This document shows positions 10,263 through 21,532 of a stretch of 64,000 nt of DNA, one piece after another. The notes beneath the pieces are model-generated. The model did not search any database and was not told the origin of the DNA. It was given only the letters and a program-made list of their open reading frames with translations. Both the position numbers and the translations under genes were made by a program. The stretch covers positions 2,790,001 to 2,854,000 of the forward strand of contig OX337234.1 of assembly GCA_946965045.2 (NCBI GenBank), written 5' to 3'. Position 1 is the stretch's first letter, and every line of letters starts with the position of its first letter. Source of the DNA: Epithemia pelagica. Lineage: Eukaryota; Protista; Bacillariophyta.

Positions 10263-11429
10263 ATGTCGTCGTCAGCAGCAGCAACAGCCACCCAGGATGG
10301 TTCCTTGGAGTTGCAGTGGAAGGAATTGAAACTGCAGCCCGATCCCATTCATGGATCACCTCTGGCGCGAAGTTCGCATGGCGTCTCCTATCTGCCACAC
10401 TCGCACCAATTGTTTGTCTATGGCGGAGAACATGTCGCTCGAACACCGCTCTTGGAAGAACATCATCCGCCCGCTACAACCGACAAGGACGACACGACGA
10501 CGGTGATTTATATCTATGCCTGGTTGGCCGATTTACCCAGTCTCACCTGGAAGGCCTTGACGACGACCTCGTTGGAGGCCATTCCTCCCGTTCGAATTGC
10601 ACATGCCCAAGCCGTGGTGGTCGACGACAATGACACGAATTCTTCGAGCAATGTGTACATTTTTGGTGGACGGGCTGGCATTACCATGCAAGAAAATGCC
10701 ATGAATGATTTGTGGGTGTGGAATTCACACACGCACCTCTGGACCAATTTGACGCCCTCCTCTGGCGACCACAACAACAATGTCCTTCCCGAAGCCCGAT
10801 CCTTTCATCGCATGGTGGCCTTGGATCAAAAACTCTATGTCTTTGGAGGCTGTGGTCAAGAATCGGGTCGGTTGGCCGATTTGCATGCCTTTGATTTACA
10901 ACAACAGACCTGGTCGGCACTGGACGCCTCGTCTCGGTTGGCCGGTCGCGGCGGTCCCAATCTGGTGCCCTTGCAATCGGGCACGTCTCTGGCCGTCGTG
11001 AATGGCTTTGTCGGTCACGAAACCAACGATGGACACGTTTTTGATGTCACGAACCAAGCATGGGCCAACGACCATCTGTCGGGATTGGACGAGATGCGAC
11101 CCCGCAGTGTCTGTGTGGCAGCCTCCTTTTCCAAATTGGGCGTGGCGGTGATTTTTGGTGGCGAAGTCGACCCGTCCGAACGGGGTCATGAAGGAGCGGG
11201 GGGATTTGCCAATGATGTCGTGCTTTTGAACGAAGGGACGGGGGCTCTGGTGGAAACCATTGCGGCTCCGGCGGCATCGTCGTCGTGGCCAGGACCACGC
11301 GGATGGTCGGCGGGCGATGCCTCGGCGACCGACTTGTTTGTCTTTGGAGGCTTGGCCGGAGATGACAAGTTGCCCATTCGACTGAACGATTTGTGGCAAC
11401 TCACACTCTCGTCGAAGACGAGTTCCTGA
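10263..11429 (+). CDS. Kelch beta-propeller protein, nitrile-specifier-protein (NSP5)-like
   Basis: Kelch repeats ARSSHG..LFVYGGE, RIAHAQ..YIFGGRAG, RSFHRM..LYVFGGC, IFGGEVDPSERGHEGAG. ATG at 10263 preferred over the ORF-track start at 10098. Confidence 0.85.
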   Translation: MSSSAAATATQDGSLELQWKELKLQPDPIHGSPLARSSHGVSYLPHSHQLFVYGGEHVARTPLLEEHHPPATTDKDDTTTVIYIYAWLADLPSLTWKALTTTSLEAIPPVRIAHAQAVVVDDNDTNSSSNVYIFGGRAGITMQENAMNDLWVWNSHTHLWTNLTPSSGDHNNNVLPEARSFHRMVALDQKLYVFGGCGQESGRLADLHAFDLQQQTWSALDASSRLAGRGGPNLVPLQSGTSLAVVNGFVGHETNDGHVFDVTNQAWANDHLSGLDEMRPRSVCVAASFSKLGVAVIFGGEVDPSERGHEGAGGFANDVVLLNEGTGALVETIAAPAASSSWPGPRGWSAGDASATDLFVFGGLAGDDKLPIRLNDLWQLTLSSKTSS

Positions 11430-11862
11430 ACACACCATAACGACAACGACAAGAACGACGAGGACGACCGCCACCACAATCCAGGGATATTGCTGCAACT
11501 CGGGTGATTGGGACACTAGCGATTGCCACAATGGTTCTTACTATAGAGTGTTCTGGTGGCGCGCAGGACAAGACGTTATCATTGTTCTACCATGCTGCAC
11601 AACTACCTGATAGGTCAAACAAATGTTTACAACGTTGCGCAACTTATCTCCTTTTCTTGGTTGAAACCGTAGGGAACCAGGAATGTTTAGAACAGGTGTA
11701 TTTTGTGGTTTTAGACACGGCAGCAACAGAACAAAACCCACAAGAATACTTTGGTTCTCCATTCACGCCTCCACAGTCCAGAGGTTGTTTCGCATGGATC
11801 ACCAGAAGCACGACATGGATCACCAGAAGCACGTTCCGACCACGAAACACAGTGGTAGCATC

Positions 11863-14800
11863 TTATCGACCAGAAGTGTCTGAATTCTTTTTCCCCTTCT
11901 TGGTCGTAGTGTTGTTGTTATTGTTATTATTGACATTCGTGCTGTTGGCACTGTCTGTCGTGCTGTTGCTCGTTGCGTTGACACTCGGCATGGTTTCATT
12001 CCCCAATGCCGTGGCATTGGTTGGGGAAGCCGCCGTTGTTGTCGTCGTATCATTGGTGGGACCCGTGGACATTTGATGCGGACGATGCGGTGCCCTGGTG
12101 GGCGCTTTGGGGAGATGCATGCCAATAATTTCTCCCTCGGTACTGCAACGAATGCCTTCCCAGTCACAGACGGGGATGGAGGCATTTTCCCACGTCTCGG
12201 CGTAATGAGCCGGCCAGGTATTACGTCCATCCAGGACGGCATAAATCATGCACAACATGTCGTACGTCGAAAAGGTGCGACACTTGGTCGCCCCCAAATA
12301 CAAGGTCGATTCGCCTTCGGGACAGGCTTTGCAACCCACTTCGTCTCGTCCTGTCGCATAGCCTTGGTCGGTATAGGTTCCCAAGGGACATGCCACTCCG
12401 GAACAGCCATGATGAACCGTGACTCCGCCATTGAGGTGCTTGTTTTCACACAAGGACCGGGGTAAGGGATCGTAAATCATATTGTCCGAGAAACGCAAGT
12501 CTTTGAGAGAGCGGCTCTGACCAAAGGCTTCGGCAATTGTTCCAGACAATTGATTGTCCGACACATCAATCCAGGCGATATGGGGCAATTCTCCGTACTC
12601 TTTTGGAAGAGTTCCGCTTAGGCGGTTGCTCTTGGCATGAAAGATTTGCAATCGCTTGTTGAGCGCGATTTCGGAGGGAAGCGTACCACTAAGCTTGTTG
12701 TTGAAGATATCTATTCTCTTGAGGCTCGTGCATTTACCCAGCTCCTTGGGTAGCTGGCCGGTGAAGTCATTCCCGTATCCTTCAAAGTTGTCCAGCTTGG
12801 TGAGCCTTCCAATTTGGGTCGGGATGGATCCCGATATATGATTCCTGGATAACATGAGTTCCCTCAAATTCGTGGTTCTTATAATGTTGGGCAAGGTTCC
12901 CTTTAAAAAGTTTTTGGTCAAGTGCAGCTTTTCCAACTCTGTGAGGTGGAAGATGCCGGATGGGATGGTCCCCTTGAAAGGACCATGAGAAATAAACAAA
13001 TTTCGGAGCTTGGTGAGACGTGAAAGTTCGCTAGGAATCGATCCTTCCATGGAGGGGCAACTTGAAAAATCTAATGTTTGTAGATTGGTCAGTCGGCCGA
13101 AATGGGTTGGAATCTTTCCGCGCAGATATTGCCTTCGACTGGCTTGGAAGGAATGTAGAGAGGTAAGAAGACCAATTTCGGAAGGGATACCCTGGCAAAA
13201 TCGAAGCGGCCCTGGTTGGGCCCTATCAGCGCTGCCACAAAGATTGGCACCGGACAAATCAATTTTTCGAATTGATTTGTCTTCCGACGCGCATGTGATT
13301 CCCGTCAATTCGCATTCGGGAACAGACATGTCTGCCCACGTTTGATAGGACGGTCCCCAATATCGCCCAATGTTGTCGACAAAAATCAAGCGAAGCACTT
13401 CCCGAGGTGATACAATGCCATCGCCATCAAGATCTCCATGGACATAATCAGTTCCATTGCATTTGACACGGCCTAGTACATTTTCTTCTCCTTCCGGTGT
13501 CGTGTTGCAGTATCGACAGGCAGAGTACAAGGTGGCATGACCACTGGGGTTAAAGGTACCCGGTGCACAAAGAACGGCATCGCAACCAAAATCACGATAC
13601 AAAATGTTGCTGGTTGGAGCCCCTTCCCCACAAAACATGCGAGGTATTGGCTCAGTTATCAAATTGTCGGTGAAGTTTAACCGAAGATTCATATTCATCT
13701 GGAGCATTTCGGTCGGAAGTGTACCTTGGAGACGGTTACTCATGGCATCAATCGTGCGAAGAGATGTCATCAAGCCAATCTCGGTTGGAATGGTTCCATG
13801 AAACCGATTGTTGCTGATATCCAAATGCGACAGACTGGATGCTGTGCCAGCCATTAGAGCTCCTGGGAGCGTTCCATTGAGTTGGTTGTGGCCCATATGA
13901 AGATGACCAATCTTTTGGTGATCCCAGCTGGCGTTAGCCGGGAGCGACCCAGAAAAGTTGTTGTATGACAAGAGCGCCGTGTGCAACCCCTTGATCTCCA
14001 TAAGTTCGGACGGGAAGGTGCCAGTCAAAAAATTGTCGGCAAGATTCAAATCATGCAAATGGACAAAATGACTCAAGCCGGAGGGTATGTTTCCCGTCAG
14101 TAGATTGGTACCAACATCCAGAATTTGCAGATTGGTGATGCGAAAAAGATCAGACGGCAAGGAACCCGAAAACAGGTTATCGCCCATGGACAAAATAGTG
14201 AGATCCGTCATCATACCAAAGTGTTTCGGCACTGTACCCGAAAACTGATTGCGCGACACATCCATTCTGTACAAGGAAATTGAAGAAATGAGAATTAAGA
14301 GTCATTTGCTCGCAAAAGGAGACTAGGAGAATTGATGAACGCGCACACGACACAAAGGGTTACGTACAGCCATAATCGTTTCCATGCACGCATGTTCCGC
14401 GGCAAGGTTCCCGTAAAGTTGTTGTTGTTCAAGTGAATCTGATACATATGTCGTGTTTTGGTCGAGAGTAAGGCAGGGATGGATCCTGTCATGGCATTGT
14501 TGGACAAATCCAAGACACAAAGACCGCTGGCATGGGCCAAAGTGGAAGGAATGGATCCATGGATTTTGTTGTTGCGTAAAATCAATTGACTCAAATATTC
14601 GAGCATGGCCAATTCGGTAGGAATCGTGCCATTCAATTCCAAATTATTCAATTGAATGGCTGTCACGGCATCGTCGGGCGGCGGTGTAGGATTTCGTTGT
14701 CCCAACATGCCCGCCTTGTGTTGGCCCCGAAGTCCACACACAACACCGTACCAATTGCAGACTGTTTCATTGGTGATCCATCGTCCGTCAACTTCCATGG

Positions 14801-15941
14801 CTTTGGTTCCACCAATTTGTTTGAAAAAGAGGTACAGAATTTTGGCCTCGCGTTGGCGCCGAACCTTGGCCTTGAGACGAGGAAGCCGACCCTTTTTTCG
14901 AGGAGTCAACAGTGTCTGAGAAGAAGACGTGGACGCAGTGGAGGGAATAGGTTTCTTAGGCGAAGAAGTGGAGGTGGGTGAAGAGGATATGCTGCTGCTA
15001 CTATCACCGTCACTACTGTCACCGTCAGTACTGGTGCTGCTACCAGTGCTAGTAGTGGCAGTGCTGCTGCTTCCTCCCCTTTTCAGGTTTTCTTCATGAA
15101 CGGACGCCTCCCATGCTTCATCCTGTTGATCAAAGTAGTCCAAGGCCAAATCGATAATTTCCAATTCCGTCAGATTGTTAAACATTTTGGGAATGGGAAA
15201 GGTTTTGAAGTCGTCTTCATCACGTTCAAAGAGTAAGTGATAGTTCATTTCGGCATCTTGTTGCAGGGTCACATCCCAATCGTCAACATTTAATCCATTG
15301 AGCATTGTAAAAAATTCTTCTTCATATTTGGCATACCCCAATTCTTCGGAGGTGGGCAGGGTTACATTGGTAATGTCAAAGTCGTAATACACAGGGATAT
15401 GATGAGGACCGCATTGATCATAAAAATCTTCTTCTTCATCGTCATCCTCGGACAGATAGATACTGTAGACTTCATCGTCATCGAAATCTTCGTCGTGATA
15501 AATCACATCCGCGTCAATCGAATTCGCATTGTCAGTGATTGAGTCGCCTGATGATTCGGTCGATTTCAATGCCGCTGCGGAATCTGTGGTGGCACTTGCA
15601 CTCTTCTGGTTTTTGTTGTTACTGTTTGATTTCTTCTTCTTCACCTTCCTCATCTCCTTTGGCGGTCCAGGATCGTCTTCGGGCGGTGTGCCGATTTCCA
15701 CCACGTGAAACTTCCCCATGCTTACTTCTTCCTCAATCCAGTAATACTCGTAGTAGTCGTCGTCGTCGTCGTTTTCCGTGGTTGGATTCGTTCCCATCTT
15801 TACCGCCTCCAATGACACCACAAAATACGACAAACATATCAAGGATGAGTAAGATAGAAACAGTAGGAACGAAAACAAGCCACGCCGATGCTCATGCCCC
15901 TGGCCGGTGGTCGTTCTAGTAGATGGTGGTTGTAGTGTCAT
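11863..15941 (-). CDS. Large leucine-rich-repeat receptor-like protein (2 exons; intron 14267-14367)
   Basis: Two track ORFs are joined in frame by a 101-bp GTACGT...TACAG intron (KRLWL|MDVS). N-terminal hydrophobic segment, acidic region, plant-type LRRs (LxxLxLxxNxLxGxIP), CxWxGVxC caps and Cys-rich modules (CAPGTF...C, CPLGTY...C). Confidence 0.88.
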
Positions 15942-16640
15942 GCTGGTGTCTGGTGATGGACCCTCGGCAGCAAATCTCGTCACAAGAAAACCGTAACAGA
16001 ATCAATCCCTCAAAGCAGCTACGTATCTTCGTGAACCAGAGAAGGGCCTTGTTCCAATGGCAATCCCATGGATAAGGAGGATACAGAGAAGACAAAGATA
16101 TCTCTCCTCCTCTCCCGTCAATGAATGCTGCCCCCTGCCCCAAGAACACAAAAGTGATGGCTGGCTGTGCTGTCACACAAAATAAACTCCTCAGCAGTTG
16201 TAATGACAATGAATCTAACAAATATATTTTATATATTGTGTGAGACCACTGGAGTTTGAGTTCTACATGAAAACTTTCGTGCCAAAAAGTGATAGGGGGA
16301 TAGCTACTCCTATGACAGAAGAGAATCTAGAGGTATCCGGATCTTCCAACGATGTGGTCCTCGGCTTGGAGTAAGGTACAAATGACTAATGCGCTGGAGA
16401 ATGGAGAATTAAATCGACGAGTCTCTATTTGATTCTCTCTTTCTGTAGTAGATGATGCTTGGCATTGTTCTCTCCTCTCCATGATGCAATCCAGAAGATA
16501 CCGGAATCCACTGCGTAGACGCGGAAGATCATCGGACTGAATCATTCTACCTACAACCCCTCTTCCTTTTTCTTACAACAAGTGATGGTTCTTCTTCATC
16601 AGCAATAAAAAAAGCTTTCTTGTACTCACTCTCTCCTCCC

Positions 16641-17492
16641 CTACAAAACCGCCAAGGACTTTTGGAATTTTTCAATATACCTATTGAGGGCAGCCACAAT
16701 TTCCTCATCCGTCGCTCGTCGTTCCGCCTCTTCTTGCTGCAATTCCATACGCAAGGCGGACAGTTCCGCCTCCAACTCACTGGTGGAATTGGAAAATTGA
16801 CTTTGTCGTTGGGCCGTTTGTTGGTCTACTCGTTCGTGCAATGCTTTCACGGCCGCTTCTCGTTGCGTCCGTTCGGTTTGCCACAATTGAGAATAATGAT
16901 CCGATAATTCCTTCAATTGGTTCGATAAACCTTGCTCTCGTTCTTTTCGAGAAGCATGTTCCAAGTCGGTCTGTTGTTGCACTTTGCGCATGCGTTCACG
17001 AATCTCGCGACTTTCTTTCATAATTTCCTTTTCCAAGGCCAAATGATCTCGTCTCCACCGCTCTTCTACAGCTGTCAACCGGGCTTCCATTTCCTCAAAT
17101 CGAGCATTGGTAAAGTCTTGTTGCGCCTTTATGGATGCTTTCATTCGTTCTTCGACTTGTACCATTTGCAATTTGGCTTGTCGTTGGAGTTCCGAGGTGA
17201 CTGCAATCCGTCGTTTCGTTTCGGCTTGTAAGGCCGCTTCCAAATGATTTACCTGCACCCGTAACGATGCCACTGCCGCATCTTCCCGTTCTCGTCGTTG
17301 GCGACTCTTTTCCCGCAAGACTTGTTCGAAGGAAGTACCGTCGTCCGATGTTGCATCATTGCTTTGAAATGTCGTCAACTGCTGATTGTGAGACAAACTT
17401 GCTACCGCAGATTCCAGAGGAGACTGCACCTTGTGCTCCTCTGATAGTCCACGGTTGGCAGGAGACGAAACAACTTCGACGGAAGACGACAT
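16641..17492 (-). CDS. SF-assemblin/beta-giardin-like coiled-coil protein (283 aa)
   Basis: Ser/Pro-rich head then continuous coiled coil; LEAALQAETKRR and C-terminal ERRATDEEIVAALNRYIEKFQKSLAVL resemble the SF-assemblin family; size fits. Confidence 0.7.
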   Translation of the reverse strand: MSSSVEVVSSPANRGLSEEHKVQSPLESAVASLSHNQQLTTFQSNDATSDDGTSFEQVLREKSRQRREREDAAVASLRVQVNHLEAALQAETKRRIAVTSELQRQAKLQMVQVEERMKASIKAQQDFTNARFEEMEARLTAVEERWRRDHLALEKEIMKESREIRERMRKVQQQTDLEHASRKEREQGLSNQLKELSDHYSQLWQTERTQREAAVKALHERVDQQTAQRQSQFSNSTSELEAELSALRMELQQEEAERRATDEEIVAALNRYIEKFQKSLAVL

Positions 17493-17812
17493 GGTCCGTT
17501 GCAAACAACTTTGAAAGAGGAGACCACGATGAGGTTGCTCCTCCCTCCAAGTGGTCGCGGATAGGTCTACCGAAAGTCGCCCCAAGCTCCACAGGTTGCC
17601 GCAACAAAGAGCAAACTTTGGTGGCATTATCTCTTGTTGGCAAAGCTATTCCGGTGTTCCATCATGCCACGAAAGTAAGTAATCAGTGGGCAATGCTCCT
17701 CATCAAAGGCAGAGCGTTGTGCTTGGATCGCCTGGTGCGACGGGAATTGGAAACGAATGTCTTTCGATTCCCAAAGTGACAGACTCCATTGCAATTTGAA
17801 AGATAGAATTTG

Positions 17813-18506
17813 ATGGTCGCTACATGTTCATATCAGTATCTTGAGTCTCACCACTGGCACACGCTAATGTCTACGCGCTCTCTTATCTATGGTGGCTGTT
17901 TTCTATTCATACAGATCGTCGTTTCAATTTGATCTAAATGTCCGAGAGGGACACGAAGGCTACAATGTGCAAGTCAAATGTGCCTCTCCGCCGGGATATA
18001 CCAATATGCAAAAGCATGAAGCCACATGGACGTCGACGGGCATGTCGGCCTCTCGCCCTCCTGCCTTGACACGAGCCAAACAAGATCAATTAACAGCCAA
18101 ACGCAAAAATATGGCCATGAGTTTGGCCATGAAACCAGGACAACAAATTCTCATGAATGCCTTTATGATGTACATGTCCGGGAATCAATTAAATATCTGG
18201 TCTATCAACATTACCAGTATGGCCGTTCTATCACCCCTGGCCGGATTGTTGTCAGTGGACAAAACTTTTGGACATTTGCAATCGGCCGCCAATGCCAGCA
18301 GTAGTACCAGCAATTCTGAAGATATCTTGCAAATGCCCAAATTGATTTTTATTGCCTTGAATTTGGTCTGGTTGGCCTTGGGCTTGTACAAAATGAGTAC
18401 CATGAGATTGCTGCCCACCACCTCGGCCGATTGGACACATCGCATTGTTTGGAAAGACATGATGGAAACAACCAGTATCCCTCCCGATACCATGATTTTG
18501 ACATGA
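17813..18506 (+). CDS. EMC4: ER membrane protein complex subunit 4
   Basis: AMSLAMKPGQQILMNAFMMYMSGNQLNIWSI, LALGLYKMSTMRLLPTTSADW. A probable short first exon 17813-17835 and 79-bp GT-AG intron (17836-17914) join in frame; the start is tentative. Confidence 0.88.
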
Positions 18507-18724
18507 TCTCCTGACATTGTAATATAAACGAAAACGAACACCTTTTATCAGAGAGTAAAGGGTCTATTATGAAGCAATGGGTTTAGCTATATTGTATGAT
18601 GGCGAGACACAATGCACGACGGGTAGCAACTGATCGTTCCCGTATCCGTAGTATAGGGTATGCATGCACTCATTCAAAAAAGAAAAACTAAAGTCACTTC
18701 GAGATCTAACAGGGAGTGCCTTGC

Positions 18725-20287
18725 TTAGTCACTCGTGTTCTTTTTCTGGAGGATCATGTACCGATTGGCCGCGGACTTGTCTACAACTGTTTCGTCTTCC
18801 GAAAGCAGCTCAAAGCCTTTACTGGAAAGAAAGTCCAACACCTTGGTGCGATGAGAGGGTGTGGCCGATGCCACTTCTTCAATTAGTACATGTTGTACCT
18901 TGGGCCACCACCAATCTTCAATAAAGTCCATGGCGACTCCAATATCCACCTTGAGGAGATCAATCGTATCCGGAAGATCGGTCTTGGTCATGTGAAAGGC
19001 TTGCAGGAGGGATCCCAAATTCACCGAAACCGGTCGCCAACGCCACAAAAAGGCAACCGCCAGTTCACAAACAGCTTGACGCAATCCTTGTAATGGAAGT
19101 CGTTCAATCATGGAACAGAGACTCGGTCTCGATCCCTTGTAATAGTCCAAAAAGGCCTTGTCAGACTGCAGCAATGGTTTGATGCTGGATTCATACTTGT
19201 AGTGCGGGTGCGTAGTACTGGAGGAGGGGGTTTCTTCAAAGTACGTGAGCTTGGTGGGAGAAGGAGACGAGGATGCCGGACGACTTCTCTTTTTGGCTGG
19301 AGCCAAACCCATCTTGGCTACCTGGATCTTGGTGTTGCGGTGCTTTCTCATGGCTCGAGCGGCATTCCGTTCACAGGCCTCAAAGGTGGTGGGGACCGGT
19401 TCCAAACACAAGATAGTCAAGGGTTCCTTCTTGATCGTTGGCTCACGGGATTCATCCTGATCATCATGCTGCGCAGCCACCCATGCTGCAAAAGCACCGA
19501 TATTGGCCCCAATATCCACGACAAACTTGGCATCCTGAACTATTGATCGTGCTTTGGTGTACATTTCTTCTTGAAAGATTTGTTGAACGATTCTCTTGCC
19601 ATCGTCTTCGGATGTACAGGCAATCGAGGAGCTGTCCAGGTATCCTTTACAGTCGTTTGGAAGACGAAGTTCCAACGACCGTTGGGAAGTTTGACCGTAG
19701 GAAGGCAATGCTGAATTGGAAGTAATCAAAGGACTCCACATCCACCAAATGGTATTCAAACTCAGGGACAATGGTGTCGTTCTTCGTTCCGGTGCCCAAT
19801 ACAAGTGAATGGAACCCATAGTCAAATTCCGAAAGACAGAAAGACCATACAATCTCTGCAAGAGAGAAGGGGTCAGTGTTTGCACCATTTGCAATTCAGT
19901 CGCCTTGGCTTTGGTACCCCCCAAAACAGAGACTTCCACAGGATCGTCTTCGGAATGAAAAGAGTCACGTCTGTTGCTGGTAAGAGAAATAGGATCGTTC
20001 ACATGGTCCATCGTCAAGACCTTGTAGGACGAACTGATGGACTCTTGACTGTCGCATCGCGAAATACGAAATTCTGCCCCACCCGATTTCGCAACAATGC
20101 CAGCAGGACTGGATTCTTCCTCGGCCGAACTATCATCTTCAATCAACAACAAGGACGGTTCACTGCCCTCTCCAGACTCTTCTTCTTCCCCTTTGACTTC
20201 TTTGATGGAATCCGAAGATGCCAATGATAAGCTTGATCCCGTCAGGGAAAAATTTGTTTGCTGGCTTGTCTGATACACGAGCTTCAT
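18725..20287 (-). CDS. FkbM-family SAM-dependent methyltransferase with an acidic Ser-rich N-terminal extension
   Basis: VVDIGANIGAF, LCLEPVPTTFEACERN, IDLLKVDI. First plausible ATG at 20287. Confidence 0.8.
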   Translation of the reverse strand: MKLVYQTSQQTNFSLTGSSLSLASSDSIKEVKGEEEESGEGSEPSLLLIEDDSSAEEESSPAGIVAKSGGAEFRISRCDSQESISSSYKVLTMDHVNDPISLTSNRRDSFHSEDDPVEVSVLGGTKAKATELQMVQTLTPSLLQRLYGLSVFRNLTMGSIHLYWAPERRTTPLSLSLNTIWWMWSPLITSNSALPSYGQTSQRSLELRLPNDCKGYLDSSSIACTSEDDGKRIVQQIFQEEMYTKARSIVQDAKFVVDIGANIGAFAAWVAAQHDDQDESREPTIKKEPLTILCLEPVPTTFEACERNAARAMRKHRNTKIQVAKMGLAPAKKRSRPASSSPSPTKLTYFEETPSSSTTHPHYKYESSIKPLLQSDKAFLDYYKGSRPSLCSMIERLPLQGLRQAVCELAVAFLWRWRPVSVNLGSLLQAFHMTKTDLPDTIDLLKVDIGVAMDFIEDWWWPKVQHVLIEEVASATPSHRTKVLDFLSSKGFELLSEDETVVDKSAANRYMILQKKNTSD

Positions 20288-20585
20288 GGTGCCCTTCTTG
20301 TTTTGTGGATATGGATGTGTGTGTGTATTTGCGTGTGGGGACTCGGACTGCGATGCAAAATTTGTGAAAGCGTTTGGGTGTTTCCTCTCCCTCTTCCACC
20401 TCCCCTCCCTTGGATTCGGTCGCACCCATCGCCCCCACTCTCTATCCTCCGTCTCGTCACTGACGCAGTGCAACTTGTCCGCTCGAATTCGAAGCTCAGA
20501 CACAGAAATAGGTTCTGATTCATTAAGTATAACAGAAGGTTTCTGTCACAACTTCTGTCGTAGAGCAACAATCATTAGATGACAA

Positions 20586-21246
20586 GTGACAAGGCCATTC
20601 CGAATCAGGCCATATGGCGAAGGCGTCTGGAAATGGATACCAAGTTCCGAGTTCGGCGAGCACGAACCACTGACCATGAGGGAATTTCCTAAACAGCGCG
20701 TGTGCTACGGGGACGAAAGACTGAAAGACAAAAATGACTACGGCATCAACAACTTGATTAAACAACGGCATGCTACCGATTGATAGCCATGCAAAACCGG
20801 CAATGGTTCATCATGGTGCCACAAGATTTCTTTCATTCCCATTTCCCATTCAAGATGGTGAGGGAAGCGGTGGACCGCTGGTTGTTGTCTTCCGCAAATC
20901 CTGGGGGAAGTTTTCGCCCCAACATTGGTTCGACCAAAAACTCTTTTCCAACTTCCCCCAGAAACATACGTTCGGGTGCCGGAATTCCTCGCTCCACCAC
21001 CCACCAACGCGAACACTCCACTGCTTCCGATACACCCCATCTGTTGTCGCCTTCTTTTGCAAACGGATGGTCCGTGTGACTTGTGGTGGGTGCGTGTGGA
21101 GAGGTGACGTGTTGTGGGGTGGTGGGGAGGATCACAAGCCATACCACGTTGTCCGAATCGAGCGACAACGCGTGGAGGAACTTCTCCGAATACAATACCT
21201 ATCACTCGTAGAAAGATACGGTTTCGATCCATTTGAATGTTTGTAG
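20586..21246 (+). other. Possible small or degraded coding region of unknown identity
   Basis: Overlapping 65-164 aa ORFs on both strands with no recognisable motif, between the FkbM and fusion genes. Confidence 0.2.
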
Positions 21247-21532
21247 TAACTCAATATCTTTAGAAAGCGCACAACGCCTGATAGTGCGCAAAACGAACTT
21301 GCTTGCGTGGCAAAGGCATATGTCTAGGGTTCGCACGTCACACTTCGCGTTGCCAGCTTTCGATGTCTTGGACCAATGAGAGACGAGTGCGACAAGGTTC
21401 GATTTCTGTTTTTCCGTGACGCACTGCTTCCTTCATGTCGCGCCACCAATGCGGGATCTTTGAGGTCAGTCAGAGAAGGGTACCACAAGCAACATCCTCA
21501 GACAGACAAACCACCCAACAAAAGGAGGAGGT

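Noticed and set aside
20850-20910. GSGGPLVV...SWG as a trypsin-like GDSGGPL motif
   Set aside because: The Asp of GDSGG is absent, spacing to SWG is short, and no His/Asp catalytic motifs or disulfide Cys pattern are present.
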